Notes: a model not told the origin generated them from the sequence alone. A stretch of DNA of 64,000 nucleotides from Candidatus Scatavimonas merdigallinarum (GCA_018713055.1 DVFW01000042.1:5802-69801); one strand, 5' to 3'. Shown: positions 10,238 through 19,879, numbered from the stretch's first letter. Numbers and translations are program-made.

Positions 10238-10501
10238 ATGTTTGTAAAAGATGTAGAAGTTCAAAATCAGGTAGGTCTTCACGCGCGCCCGGCAACTTTC
10301 TTTATTCAGAAAGCCAACGAGTATAAATCTTCCATTTGGGTTGAAAAGGAAGAAAGAAGAGTAAACGCAAAGAGCCTTCTGGGCGTTCTTTCGCTTGGTA
10401 TTGTTGGGGGGACTTCCATCCGGATTATTGCGGACGGCGCGGATGAACAGGGTGCTGTAAACGATCTGGTAAAGCTTGTTGAGTCAGGGTTTGCAGAATA
10501 A
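10238..10501 (+). CDS. ptsH: Phosphocarrier protein HPr
   Basis: ATG at 10238 after AGGAGAGGG. His-15 context GLHARPA and Ser-46 context NAKSLLGV are both present. Confidence 0.85.
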   Translation: MFVKDVEVQNQVGLHARPATFFIQKANEYKSSIWVEKEERRVNAKSLLGVLSLGIVGGTSIRIIADGADEQGAVNDLVKLVESGFAE

Positions 10502-10525
10502 TTGGAAAACAGGCGAAAAGTTTGT

Positions 10526-10553
10526 GGGCGGAGCTGTACTCCGCCCGTTTTTT
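10526..10553 (+). terminator. Rho-independent terminator after ptsH
   Basis: GGGCGGAG-CTGTA-CTCCGCCC stem followed by a T-run. Confidence 0.7.
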
Positions 10554-10596
10554 GTTATGATAAAAATGTTATGAAGAAAAGGGCTGGTGAAACGGC

Positions 10597-12423
10597 ATGA
10601 ATCAAAATTTGGAGAGCTTGCGAAAAAAATCCATGCGCCTGCCGCTTTTGCCAGGCGTATACATGATGCGCGACAAAAGTGGAAAAATAATTTATATCGG
10701 TAAGGCCAAGGCGTTAAAAAACCGGGTGAGTTCCTACTTTGGGTCCCAGAAAAATCACCAGGAAAAAGTCAGGCGGATGGTGGCGCAGGTGCAGGATTTT
10801 GACTATATTATAACGGACAGTGAATTTGAAGCGCTGATTTTAGAGTGCAGTCTGATTAAGCAGTACACGCCCAAATATAATATTTTACTGAAGGACGACA
10901 AGGGATATAGTTATATTAAAATTACAAAGGAAGAATGGCCGAGAATATCGGAGTCCAAACAGGCGTCTGACAAGAATGCTGAATATATCGGTCCATATAG
11001 CAGCGGCTATTATGTAAAGAATGCAGTGGACGAGGCAAGAAAGATTTTTAAACTTCCAGACTGTACCAGAAAATTTCCGCAAGAGTTTGGAAAGGGAAGG
11101 CCCTGTTTGAATTATCATATTAAGCAGTGCTGCGCTCTGTGCACGGGAAAAGTGTCCAATAAAGAGTATAATGAATATGTTGCGGAGGCCGTGGAGTTTC
11201 TTAAAGGAGGGAACAGCCTTTCCATCCGGGATCTAACAGAAAAAATGAATTCTGCGGCAGAAAATATGGAATATGAACGCGCGGCAAAAATTCGTGACCG
11301 CATCGCGGCGGTAAAGCGAATGAAGGAAAAGCAAAAGGTTGTTGCTACAAAGGTACGCGACCAGGATGTTATCGCACTTGTGCGCAACGGAACCACCGGT
11401 TGTTTTGAGGTTTTCCGGTTTAAGGACCGAAAGCTTTTTGACCGGGAGCATTTTATTATTTCGGATATTGGCGACCCGGTGCAGGCGCGCGCGGAATTTA
11501 TTGTACAGTACTATTCTATCCGAGAATGGGTTCCCGGGCAGATTACGCTTGACGGAGGCTGCGACGATGGAGAAACGCTGGAGCAGTGGCTTTCACAAAA
11601 GGCCGGACGCCGTGTGCGGATTGTGGTACCGCAAAAGGGCGAACAAATGCAGCTTGTGACCATGTGCAAAAATAACGCGGCGGAACGAATTGGGCAGATG
11701 AAGGGAAGCAGTGGGCGAGAAGCTTCTGCGCTGGACGAGCTTGCTTCTGTTTTAGGTCTTTCCAGTGTGCCTTCTTATATTGAGGCTTACGACATATCCA
11801 ACCTTGCAGGAAATGAAAATGTTGCAGGAATGATTGTATTTGAGAACGGACGTCCGCTGAAAAGCGCTTATAAGAAATTTAAAATTCAGGAAATTGCAGG
11901 GCAGGACGACTATGGTTCCATGTGTGAAGTCATTCGCCGCCGGTTTGAGGAATATAAGAAGGCGGAAAAAAACGGAGAAGGCTTTGGAAGGCTGCCCGAC
12001 CTGATTTTGCTTGACGGGGGGAAAGGGCATGTTTCAGCGGTTGAACCCGTTTTGCGTAAACTGGGGATACAGGTGCCGCTGTATGGTATGGTAAAAGATG
12101 ACAAGCACCGGACCCGTGCAATTACAGGCGACGGCGGAGAGATTGCAATTCAGTCCAACAGACGGGCGTTTTCACTTGTTTCTGCTATTCAGGAAGAGGT
12201 GCACCGGTTTGCAATCGGTTATCACAGGCAAAAGCGCAGCAAAAATACGTTTAAAAGTTCGCTTACGGAAATTGAAACGATTGGGCCTGCGCGTGCAAAG
12301 GCGTTGCTGCGCCATTTTGGTACGATTAAAAATATTGAGCTGGCAGATCTGCAGGAGTTGCTTGCGGCACCTTCCATGAATAAGGCTTCGGCGCAGGCGG
12401 TGTACAACCATTTTCACGGTTGA
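10597..12423 (+). CDS. uvrC: Excinuclease ABC subunit C
   Basis: 608 aa with an N-terminal GIY-YIG domain (GVYMMRDKSGKIIYIGKAKALKNRV), a UVR domain and a C-terminal HhH. Confidence 0.9.
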   Translation: MNQNLESLRKKSMRLPLLPGVYMMRDKSGKIIYIGKAKALKNRVSSYFGSQKNHQEKVRRMVAQVQDFDYIITDSEFEALILECSLIKQYTPKYNILLKDDKGYSYIKITKEEWPRISESKQASDKNAEYIGPYSSGYYVKNAVDEARKIFKLPDCTRKFPQEFGKGRPCLNYHIKQCCALCTGKVSNKEYNEYVAEAVEFLKGGNSLSIRDLTEKMNSAAENMEYERAAKIRDRIAAVKRMKEKQKVVATKVRDQDVIALVRNGTTGCFEVFRFKDRKLFDREHFIISDIGDPVQARAEFIVQYYSIREWVPGQITLDGGCDDGETLEQWLSQKAGRRVRIVVPQKGEQMQLVTMCKNNAAERIGQMKGSSGREASALDELASVLGLSSVPSYIEAYDISNLAGNENVAGMIVFENGRPLKSAYKKFKIQEIAGQDDYGSMCEVIRRRFEEYKKAEKNGEGFGRLPDLILLDGGKGHVSAVEPVLRKLGIQVPLYGMVKDDKHRTRAITGDGGEIAIQSNRRAFSLVSAIQEEVHRFAIGYHRQKRSKNTFKSSLTEIETIGPARAKALLRHFGTIKNIELADLQELLAAPSMNKASAQAVYNHFHG

Positions 12424-12534
12424 CACATAAAGTAAGGTACGGTACTATGAAATAAATGAGTACGAAAGTACCGTTCAGTAAAAGAAGACATGTTCGGATT
12501 TGCTATGTACGATAAAGCGGAAGGATAAAGATTT

Positions 12535-13083
12535 ATGAGAGTCATTACCGGAAATGCGAGAGGAAGAAAACTGCTGACGCTGGCAGGGGAAGAGGTACGG
12601 CCAACGCCGGAGCGCGTGAAAGAGGCGGTTTTCAGCATTATACAGTTCCAGATAGAGGGCAGAAGCTTTCTGGACCTTTTTGCTGGGTCCGGGCAAATGG
12701 GGATAGAGGCTCTTAGCCGCGGCGCCAGAAAAAGCGTTTTTGTGGATGCAAAGCGTGAAAGCGTGGAAACGGTGAAGAAAAATCTGGAAAATACAGGCCT
12801 TAAAAAAGATGCAGAGGTGGTACTGGCTGATGCATTAGCCTATTTGCGGCGATGCCGCGATACCTTTGACCTGGCTTTTTTGGACCCACCGTATTACAGC
12901 GGGTTGCTGCAGGAAACGTTACCAATGGTTGCCGAAATAATGAATCGGGGCGGTTTGATTATATGTGAAAGTCCACAAAATGAAGATTTATCACAGAAAA
13001 TTGGTGATTTTGTGCTTGACAGAAGCTATCGCTATGGTAAAATAAAAATTAACATATATTGTCATAAGGATGTGGTCAGATGA
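12535..13083 (+). CDS. rsmD: 16S rRNA (guanine966-N2)-methyltransferase RsmD
   Basis: 182 aa with MRVITGNARGRKL, FAGSGQMGIEALSRGA and DPPY motifs. It is coupled to coaD. Confidence 0.85.
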   Translation: MRVITGNARGRKLLTLAGEEVRPTPERVKEAVFSIIQFQIEGRSFLDLFAGSGQMGIEALSRGARKSVFVDAKRESVETVKKNLENTGLKKDAEVVLADALAYLRRCRDTFDLAFLDPPYYSGLLQETLPMVAEIMNRGGLIICESPQNEDLSQKIGDFVLDRSYRYGKIKINIYCHKDVVR

Positions 13084-13565
13084 AAAGGACTGTAATCTGC
13101 CCAGGCAGCTTTGACCCAGTGACTTTGGGCCATGTGGATATTATCGGCAGAGCTGCAAAAATGTTTGACCATGTGATTGTGGCGGTGCTGACAAATCTTG
13201 CAAAACAGCCCAGTTTTGCGATTGAAGAACGGATGTATCTTCTGAAGAAAGCGACAAAGGGTATAGAAAATATAGAAGTTGTGAGCTTTGACGGCCTTTT
13301 GGCGGAATATGCAAAGCAAAGAGGCGCAATTGCCGTAGTGAAAGGCCTGCGCGCTGTTTCTGATTTTGAATACGAATTTCAAATGTCTCTTACCAATAAA
13401 AAATTAAACCCCAATTTGGAAACAGTTTTTTTAACTTCCAGCGCGGAAAACATGTATTTAAGTTCCAGCATTGTAAAGCAGGTTGCAAGCCTGGGGGGCG
13501 ATATTACCAACTTTGTGCCGGAATGTATTCATGACGAAATCAAGGGAAGGCTCTATTCCAAATAA
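13080..13565 (+). CDS. coaD: Phosphopantetheine adenylyltransferase
   Basis: 161 aa with PGSFDPVTLGHVDII (T/HxGH motif). Confidence 0.9.
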   Translation: MKRTVICPGSFDPVTLGHVDIIGRAAKMFDHVIVAVLTNLAKQPSFAIEERMYLLKKATKGIENIEVVSFDGLLAEYAKQRGAIAVVKGLRAVSDFEYEFQMSLTNKKLNPNLETVFLTSSAENMYLSSSIVKQVASLGGDITNFVPECIHDEIKGRLYSK

Positions 13566-13647
13566 ATATGTACTTTATGCTAACGTGTGCCAAGCTTTAG
13601 TTTTAGTTCAGTATTTTTGGGAATCAAGAGAAAGGAATGAGTGTGTA

Positions 13648-14109
13648 ATGAAGGTTGAAGATTTGATTATTGAATTGAGAGAGGTTATTGACGATGCAAA
13701 AACCCTGCCGCTTTCCGGTGGGAAATCCGTAATAGATGCGGAACATATTAAGGAAATTTTGGATGACATTGAAGAAACGCTGCCGCAAGAGGTAAGACAG
13801 GCAAAGGCAATTGTTGCAGATCGGGCACAAATTATTGCAGACGCAAAAAAAGAAGGCGAAAACATTGTGCGTTCTGCTGAGGAGCGGAAAAAGACCCTGG
13901 TCAATCAGAACGAAATTGTGCGCCAGGCACAGCAGGAAGCAAGCGAGATTATTTCTGATGCAAAACTGAAAGCCAAGGAGATCAGAAAGGCCGCCAATGA
14001 ATATGTAGAAGAGCTTATGCGTAAAACAGACGAATTGATGACGGCGCAGGCAAACGAAATTAAGAAAACAAGGCAAAGTTTAAAAGCGAGCCAGCGTACG
14101 GGAAACTGA
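13648..14109 (+). CDS. Coiled-coil protein (ATPase subunit b/H-like charged helix), function unknown
   Basis: The internal ATG at 13648 avoids overlap with coaD. The product is a highly charged K/E/A/Q-rich helical sequence of 153 aa. Confidence 0.5.
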   Translation: MKVEDLIIELREVIDDAKTLPLSGGKSVIDAEHIKEILDDIEETLPQEVRQAKAIVADRAQIIADAKKEGENIVRSAEERKKTLVNQNEIVRQAQQEASEIISDAKLKAKEIRKAANEYVEELMRKTDELMTAQANEIKKTRQSLKASQRTGN

Positions 14110-14144
14110 GAGGATCATTTTTTAATAACAGCCCATTAAACAAT

Positions 14145-14178
14145 AAAACCGGCAAGTGGAATTCCACTTGCCGGTTTT
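14145..14178. terminator. Strong bidirectional-looking rho-independent terminator
   Basis: AAAACCGGCAAGTGGAATTCCACTTGCCGGTTTT is a perfect palindromic hairpin. Confidence 0.8.
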
Positions 14179-14302
14179 ATTGTTTTTAAGCGCAGGCAGA
14201 ACTGCTGGCGGAGAAAAAGGCCGGAAAAACGAGGGAAGGCTGAAAAACACATAAAAAATTAGAAAAAATGTGCTTTTTGGCATATCTTTTTTTAAAAACA
14301 TA

Positions 14303-14379
14303 TTGCAATTTCTAAATCAATCGTCTATAATTGAAACACAAAGTGGCACTTTAGGCCATTTTGTGGCACACAATAGCAC
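14303..14379 (+). promoter_or_regulatory. dcw promoter with candidate MraZ operator repeats
   Basis: TTGCAA (14303-14308), a 17-nt spacer, then TATAAT (14326-14331). Downstream lie direct repeats GTGGCAC (14343-14349), GTGGCAC (14363-14369) and ATAGCAC (14373-14379) with 10/20-bp phasing. Confidence 0.5.
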
Positions 14380-14412
14380 TATAGTATGCATGTATGACAT
14401 GGAAGTGATGTT

Positions 14413-14847
14413 ATGTTTATTGGGACTTACCAACATAACATAGATGCGAAAGGCCGCATTATTATGCCCGCGAAGTTCCGTGAGGAGCTTGGCGAGGCTT
14501 TCTATGTCACAAAAGGGATCCATACAGGGCCGGAGGAAGGAAAAGGCTGCCTGCAGGTGCTTTCCCTTGCAAAATGGGAAGAGTTCCTGGCAAAAATTAG
14601 CGCTTTGCCGGTTTCAAAGGCGACAGGGCTGTACAGGTATTTCTGTGCGGGGGCAGATGTTTCTGAACCAAACGCACAGGGAAGAATTCTGATACCCGAC
14701 CATTTACGGCAGCATGCCTGTTTGGAAAAAGAGGCCGTGATTATCGGCTGCGGCACAAGAGTGGAGATTTGGAACAGGGAAAACTGGGAAAATTATCTGG
14801 ACCGTCAAGCAGGCGAGGATATTGTTGCTTTACTAGAAATGATTTAG
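14413..14847 (+). CDS. mraZ: Transcriptional regulator MraZ
   Basis: 144 aa starting MFIGTYQHNIDAKGRIIMPAKFR, with a second SpoVT/AbrB-like repeat (AQGRILIP). Confidence 0.9.
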   Translation: MFIGTYQHNIDAKGRIIMPAKFREELGEAFYVTKGIHTGPEEGKGCLQVLSLAKWEEFLAKISALPVSKATGLYRYFCAGADVSEPNAQGRILIPDHLRQHACLEKEAVIIGCGTRVEIWNRENWENYLDRQAGEDIVALLEMI

Positions 14848-14867
14848 CATGACGGAGGGTCCTACCG

Positions 14868-15791
14868 ATGGAGTTTTCCCATATACCGGTGCTGCTTACT
14901 GAAACCATACAGGTGCTTGCGATAAAACCAAACGGAATTTACGTGGATGGAACAGCCGGCGGAGGCGGCCACTCAGCTGAAATTTTAAAAAGGCTGAAAG
15001 CCGGGAGGCTAATTTCTATTGATCAGGATCCCGACGCCATTGAAACAGTAACAAAGAGGTTTTTTGGAAACGGCAACTCCATGGTGGTGCAGGCCAATTT
15101 TAGTCAGATGGATACGATTGTACGGTCGCTTGGGTTTGAAGGCGTTGACGGAGTGCTGTTGGATATAGGGGTTTCCTCCAGACAGCTTGATACTGCGCAG
15201 CGTGGATTTTCCTTTCATCACGAGGCTCCGCTGGATATGCGTATGAGCAAACAGGGGACGACGGCATACGAGTTGGTTAACACTCTGCCGTATGTGGAAC
15301 TTACAAAGATAATTCGCACTTATGGGGAAGAAAAATTTGCAGGGCCGATTGCAGGAGCAATTATAAAGACCAGGGAAAAAGAAGCGATACGGACAACCAC
15401 GCAGCTTGCGGAAATTATTAAAAGCGCTGTACCTGCGGCCAGAAGGCGCGACGGGCATCCTGCAAGGAAGACGTTTCAGGCGCTCCGGATTGCTGTCAAC
15501 GGCGAGCTTGACAGGCTTTCGCAAGGGCTGGACGCTGCGTTTTCCATTTTAAAACCCGGTGGACGTCTTGCGGTGATAAGTTTCCATTCGTTGGAGGACC
15601 GCATTGTTAAGCAGCGTATGGCGATGTGGTGCCAAGGATGTACTTGCCCAAAAGATTTTCCCATATGTGTTTGCGGGAAGAAGCCCAAAGCAAAGCTTAT
15701 TTTTAAAAAGCCGGTGGAGGCCTCAGCGCAGGAGCTGCAGGAAAATCCAAGAAGCAGAAGTGCAAAGCTGCGAGCAATAGAAAAATTGTAA
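14868..15791 (+). CDS. rsmH: 16S rRNA (cytosine1402-N4)-methyltransferase RsmH
   Basis: 307 aa with HIPVLL, DGTAGGGGHS, DLGVSS-like (DIGVSSRQLD) and SFHSLEDRIVK motifs. Confidence 0.9.
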   Translation: MEFSHIPVLLTETIQVLAIKPNGIYVDGTAGGGGHSAEILKRLKAGRLISIDQDPDAIETVTKRFFGNGNSMVVQANFSQMDTIVRSLGFEGVDGVLLDIGVSSRQLDTAQRGFSFHHEAPLDMRMSKQGTTAYELVNTLPYVELTKIIRTYGEEKFAGPIAGAIIKTREKEAIRTTTQLAEIIKSAVPAARRRDGHPARKTFQALRIAVNGELDRLSQGLDAAFSILKPGGRLAVISFHSLEDRIVKQRMAMWCQGCTCPKDFPICVCGKKPKAKLIFKKPVEASAQELQENPRSRSAKLRAIEKL

Positions 15792-16085
15792 CAAAGTTGT
15801 AAAAATTGTTAAAAAAAGCTTTGACAAAAGCAGGTACATGTAGTAGACTATATATTGTGGTTGAATGAAAAAGTTTTGCAGGGAACACTACATATTGTGC
15901 ATACATACGTTCGACTAACAAGCCGTAAAAAAATAGATAAAATTCAAAAAGTTACAAAAATAATACAAGGCAGTTTGCCACCTGAAATTACATAAAAAAT
16001 ACGTTTAAAACAGAAAAGAATATACAAAAATACGACTTCGTTTATATATTATAGGATGTTAAGGGTTTACATAGAGGTGTAAGGA

Positions 16086-16604
16086 ATGGCTTTTGAAGAG
16101 AGAAATGCAGCGTATGATATTAGCCTGTTTGAAGCAGCCGAACAGATTGAGATAGAAGAACCGAAAAAGCAGGTTCACAGGAGAAAAAAGAATAATGTGC
16201 TGAGTATTCCTGAAGAGCAGCTGGATAAAATACGCAGGCGTAAATATAACCCTGCGAAACTGTTTACAGGGTTTATGTTGGGATTGATTGTCACCGGTGC
16301 TGTGGTCATGATTGTACATGGACAGGTACAGTTGACAGAGCTGAACCAGCAGATCAGCAACGCGGCAAGCGAGCTTGCAGATCAGGAAAGCCTGTATACG
16401 CAGCTGCAGATGAAGGTGGAGTCCAAACTTTCCCCATCTGTGGTAGAGGCGTATGCGTCGGAAGAATTGGGAATGTCCAGAGCCGACAATTATCAAAAAG
16501 AGTACATAAGTCTTTCACAGGGGGATAAAGCGGAAATCTCTCAGACAGACGGCGGTAATCTGTTTGAATCCATTGCTGATGCGATTGCAGGGCTTTGGTC
16601 ATAA
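16086..16604 (+). CDS. ftsL: FtsL-like cell division protein (single TM plus coiled coil)
   Basis: 172 aa with a charged N-terminus, one TM helix (LFTGFMLGLIVTGAVVMIV) and a coiled coil. It holds the canonical position after rsmH. Confidence 0.6.
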   Translation: MAFEERNAAYDISLFEAAEQIEIEEPKKQVHRRKKNNVLSIPEEQLDKIRRRKYNPAKLFTGFMLGLIVTGAVVMIVHGQVQLTELNQQISNAASELADQESLYTQLQMKVESKLSPSVVEAYASEELGMSRADNYQKEYISLSQGDKAEISQTDGGNLFESIADAIAGLWS

Positions 16605-16982
16605 CCAGAGCAGGTTTCTAATACACATATATATAAGAATTATAAGAATGACGAAGCGGTTGTAACAGGGAGCGGCGGTCTGCCGTTTCTGAATGAGTTG
16701 GTAAACGGACGTATTACTGTTATGGGGTAATTGCTGGCTGACTTATGTTACAACCGTATTTTTATATGCAAAACGATATATGTAAGAAAGCCGAGGCAAA
16801 AATTTCAGGTTTACCCTGTGTGCAGGATATGCTTATATTATATATGTAGACAGAATATAGGGAAAATATCCTGTAAAAAGGGATGAATAAGTAGTATAAA
16901 ATGGTAACATTTCCCGGCAGCCGGTAAAAGCGGCTGTTTATAGGGGAAGAACCCCAGTGAGTTGGAAGGGAGTTTGTCTGAT

Positions 16983-19232
16983 ATGTCAAAAGGCGCAAAT
17001 ACAAAGCTGGTTCACAGGTCTGTAATTATTTTGATATTAATCCTTGTGATTGGTTTTGGCAGCGCAATATTGCGGCTTACGCAGTTAAGCGTCGTACAGG
17101 GGGAAGAACTGCAGCAGGCGGCTGTGGCGCAGCAGCTGAACGATACGACGATCAGTGCAAGGAGAGGCACCATTTATGATACCAACGGAAAGGTGCTTGC
17201 GCAGAGCGCCACCGTTTGGAAGGTGGTATTGTCCCCAATCAATTTTGAATCTGACGAGGAACGTACCATTGTTTCCCAGGGGCTGGCAGAGATACTGGAT
17301 TTGGAACAGGCGGATATTTTTGAAAAAACAAAGGAAAAGTCTTATTATGTGGTAGTAAAGCGGCAGATTGAAAGCGACGTCAGAGACGAAATTCTGAAGT
17401 TTGTAGACGAATTGGACGAAGAACATAATATTACCGGTGTAATCGACTTGATTGAGGACTATAAACGGTACTACCCATATGGCTCGTTTGCCTCTTCCCT
17501 GATTGGTTTTACAGGCAGCGACGACCAGGGGCTTTCCGGTATAGAATATCAGTATGACGAAAGCCTGACGGGAACGCCCGGCCGGCTGGTAACGGCGAAG
17601 AATGCAAACGGGACGGAAATGCCGTTTGATTATGAGCAAAAAGTACAGGCGGAGGATGGGAACAGCCTGGTGCTGACGATTGACGAAACGATTCAGCATA
17701 TTATGGAAAAGTATTTACAAAAGGGCATAGAAGAGCACAAGGTGTATAATCGCGCAGTGGCGATTATGATGGAGGTCAACACGGGCGCCATTTTAGGAAT
17801 GGCGGTGGAAGAAGGGTATGACCTGAACGACCCGTTTACTTTAGTCAGCCAGACGGCAAAAGATGAGATCGCGCAGCTGCCGGAGGATGAGAAGGCTGCG
17901 GCGGAAAGCGCCGCGCTTTCCAAACAATGGAGAAACAAGGCAGTCAGCGATACTTACTATCCCGGTTCGGTATGGAAAATTATCACGTCTTCCATGGCGC
18001 TGGAGGAAAACCTGGTCAATGATGAATCGCGCTTTTACTGCACAGGATCTTACGTGCCGTTTGAGGGTGCATCGTCCATCAGCTGCCATAATACAGCAGG
18101 GCATGGCACACAGACCTTTGAAGAAGCGGTATGTAATTCCTGCAACCCGGCGTTTATGCAGATTGGTAATTTAATTGGCGCAACAAAATTCTGGGAATAT
18201 TACCAGGCGTTTGGATTTTCTGAGAAAACGGGGATTGACCTGCCGGGCGAATCGGAAGATATCTTTTTTAACGAGGACGGCTCGATGGGGCCCATGGATC
18301 TGGCGGTTGCATCGTTTGGGCAAAACTTTTCTGTAACGCCAATCCAGATGGTGACGGCTGTTTCTGCAGTTGCAAACGGCGGAAAGCTTTTGCAGCCTTA
18401 TACGGTCAGGCAGATTCTTGACAGCGACGGCAACGTGGTAGAGTCGACAGATACAACCGTGAAACGGCAGGTCATTTCGGAAGAGGTGTCTAAGGAGCTG
18501 TGCGCCATACTGGAGGAAAATGCGATTAGCGGTGCGGCGAAAAATGGTTACGTACAGGGGTACAGGATTGCCGGAAAAACGGGAACGTCTGAAAAGCTGA
18601 CCGATTCTAACGGCGATGGAATGGAGGACTATATTCCATCTTTCTGCGGCTTCGCCCCGGCGGATGATCCACAGGTAGCGCTGCTTGTATACTTTGATAC
18701 TCCCCCTGGCGGACAGTATTACGGAAGCCAGGTGGCAGCGCCTGTGTTTGCGGAAATTATGGCAGAAGTGCTGCCGTATCTGGAGGTCGAAACACAGTAT
18801 AATGAAGAAGAACTGTCGATGCTGGATACAACAGCGGGCAATTACGTGGGCGAAAGTGTGGAGCAGGCGCAGGCTGCGGCTGAGAAAGACGGATTTGTAT
18901 CTATTGTAAAGGGTGAAGGGACGACCGTTGCTGCACAGATTCCTGCGGCGGAGTCCAGAATCCCGCAGGGAGGTACGGTTGTACTTTATACAGATACAGC
19001 CGGCGTAGACGAGGATATGGTGGAAGTCCCCGATCTTACAGGGCTTTCCATATCAGATGTAAACAGTATAGCCTCTCAGTATAATTTAAATATCAGCATT
19101 GCGGGCGCAAGCGCTGCCGGCGAGGGGATTTCCCAATCGCAAAGCATTGCGCAGGGAACCATGGTAAGCCAGGGCACGGTGGTTATTGTGACGTTTGTGC
19201 AGGACAGCAGCTACGGAGAACCAATCTTTTAG
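16983..19232 (+). CDS. Class B penicillin-binding protein (FtsI/SpoVD type) with two C-terminal PASTA domains
   Basis: ATG at 16983. TM anchor, dimerisation domain, transpeptidase motifs (GSVWK, AGKTGT) and two PASTA-like repeats at the C-terminus. Confidence 0.85.
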   Translation: MSKGANTKLVHRSVIILILILVIGFGSAILRLTQLSVVQGEELQQAAVAQQLNDTTISARRGTIYDTNGKVLAQSATVWKVVLSPINFESDEERTIVSQGLAEILDLEQADIFEKTKEKSYYVVVKRQIESDVRDEILKFVDELDEEHNITGVIDLIEDYKRYYPYGSFASSLIGFTGSDDQGLSGIEYQYDESLTGTPGRLVTAKNANGTEMPFDYEQKVQAEDGNSLVLTIDETIQHIMEKYLQKGIEEHKVYNRAVAIMMEVNTGAILGMAVEEGYDLNDPFTLVSQTAKDEIAQLPEDEKAAAESAALSKQWRNKAVSDTYYPGSVWKIITSSMALEENLVNDESRFYCTGSYVPFEGASSISCHNTAGHGTQTFEEAVCNSCNPAFMQIGNLIGATKFWEYYQAFGFSEKTGIDLPGESEDIFFNEDGSMGPMDLAVASFGQNFSVTPIQMVTAVSAVANGGKLLQPYTVRQILDSDGNVVESTDTTVKRQVISEEVSKELCAILEENAISGAAKNGYVQGYRIAGKTGTSEKLTDSNGDGMEDYIPSFCGFAPADDPQVALLVYFDTPPGGQYYGSQVAAPVFAEIMAEVLPYLEVETQYNEEELSMLDTTAGNYVGESVEQAQAAAEKDGFVSIVKGEGTTVAAQIPAAESRIPQGGTVVLYTDTAGVDEDMVEVPDLTGLSISDVNSIASQYNLNISIAGASAAGEGISQSQSIAQGTMVSQGTVVIVTFVQDSSYGEPIF

Positions 19233-19242
19233 TTTTAGATGA

Positions 19243-19848
19243 ATGAAGGCAGGGAAAGCGATGAAAAACAGAAAATCAGGCGGCGGCGTACCTCCATACG
19301 GGCAGATTACAGCAGTGGGAAGGCAGCCATTGGTGGAACGTTCCTTAAAAGCGCTGGAGTATGTGCTTGCAGCGGCGGGAAAAAGTGTAACGGCAAAAAG
19401 CATGTCTGTTCAAACAGAGCATCCCTGTTGCGTTGGAAGTATTACCTGTGCGGCGGGACAACGTGTGATCGACACGGTGCTGTTTACAGATGAGAGTGCC
19501 TGTCCATATGAGCAGAAGTGGCTGCAAACATGCACTGCGCTGGTTCTTCCCTATGAGGAGCCAAGAAAACAGCGGCTGGAAGAAAAGCAAAGAGAAAAAA
19601 TTGTAGAATATTCCTATAATGACGACCGGGCGGACCTTGTTGCAAAGAATATAACGCAAACGCCGGAGCATATAAATTTTGAACTTGTAGGCACGGGACT
19701 GATTGGCAGGATTAAGCTAAAAGAAGGCTGCGGCCTTTCAGTTGAAAGTGCACTTGCGCTTGCAGGCGCGCTGCTTGCTTCGGGTATTGCGCTGAAAGAG
19801 ATAGCAGACGGGCTGAGCACCCTTGAAAGTTTGGCGGCCTTTGCATAA
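19243..19848 (+). CDS. Degenerate Mur-ligase central-domain-like protein (no P-loop, no C-terminal domain); possible remnant or pseudoenzyme
   Basis: 201-aa ORF in the slot where murE/murF normally lie. Its C-terminal part ...RADLVAKNITQTPEHINFELVGTGLIGRIKLKEGCGLSVESALALAGALLASGIALKEIADGLSTL mirrors the end of the Mur ligase middle domain. No GxxGKT motif is present. This is a by-eye similarity only. Confidence 0.4.
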   Translation: MKAGKAMKNRKSGGGVPPYGQITAVGRQPLVERSLKALEYVLAAAGKSVTAKSMSVQTEHPCCVGSITCAAGQRVIDTVLFTDESACPYEQKWLQTCTALVLPYEEPRKQRLEEKQREKIVEYSYNDDRADLVAKNITQTPEHINFELVGTGLIGRIKLKEGCGLSVESALALAGALLASGIALKEIADGLSTLESLAAFA

Positions 19849-19879
19849 TTTTGAGGTTGAAAATGATGGAGGTTTTTCT

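Noticed and set aside
13483-13647. N-terminal extension of the coiled-coil ORF overlapping the 3' end of coaD
   Set aside because: The extension overlaps coaD by 83 nt and translates to an implausible sequence. An internal ATG at 13648 gives a clean start after coaD.
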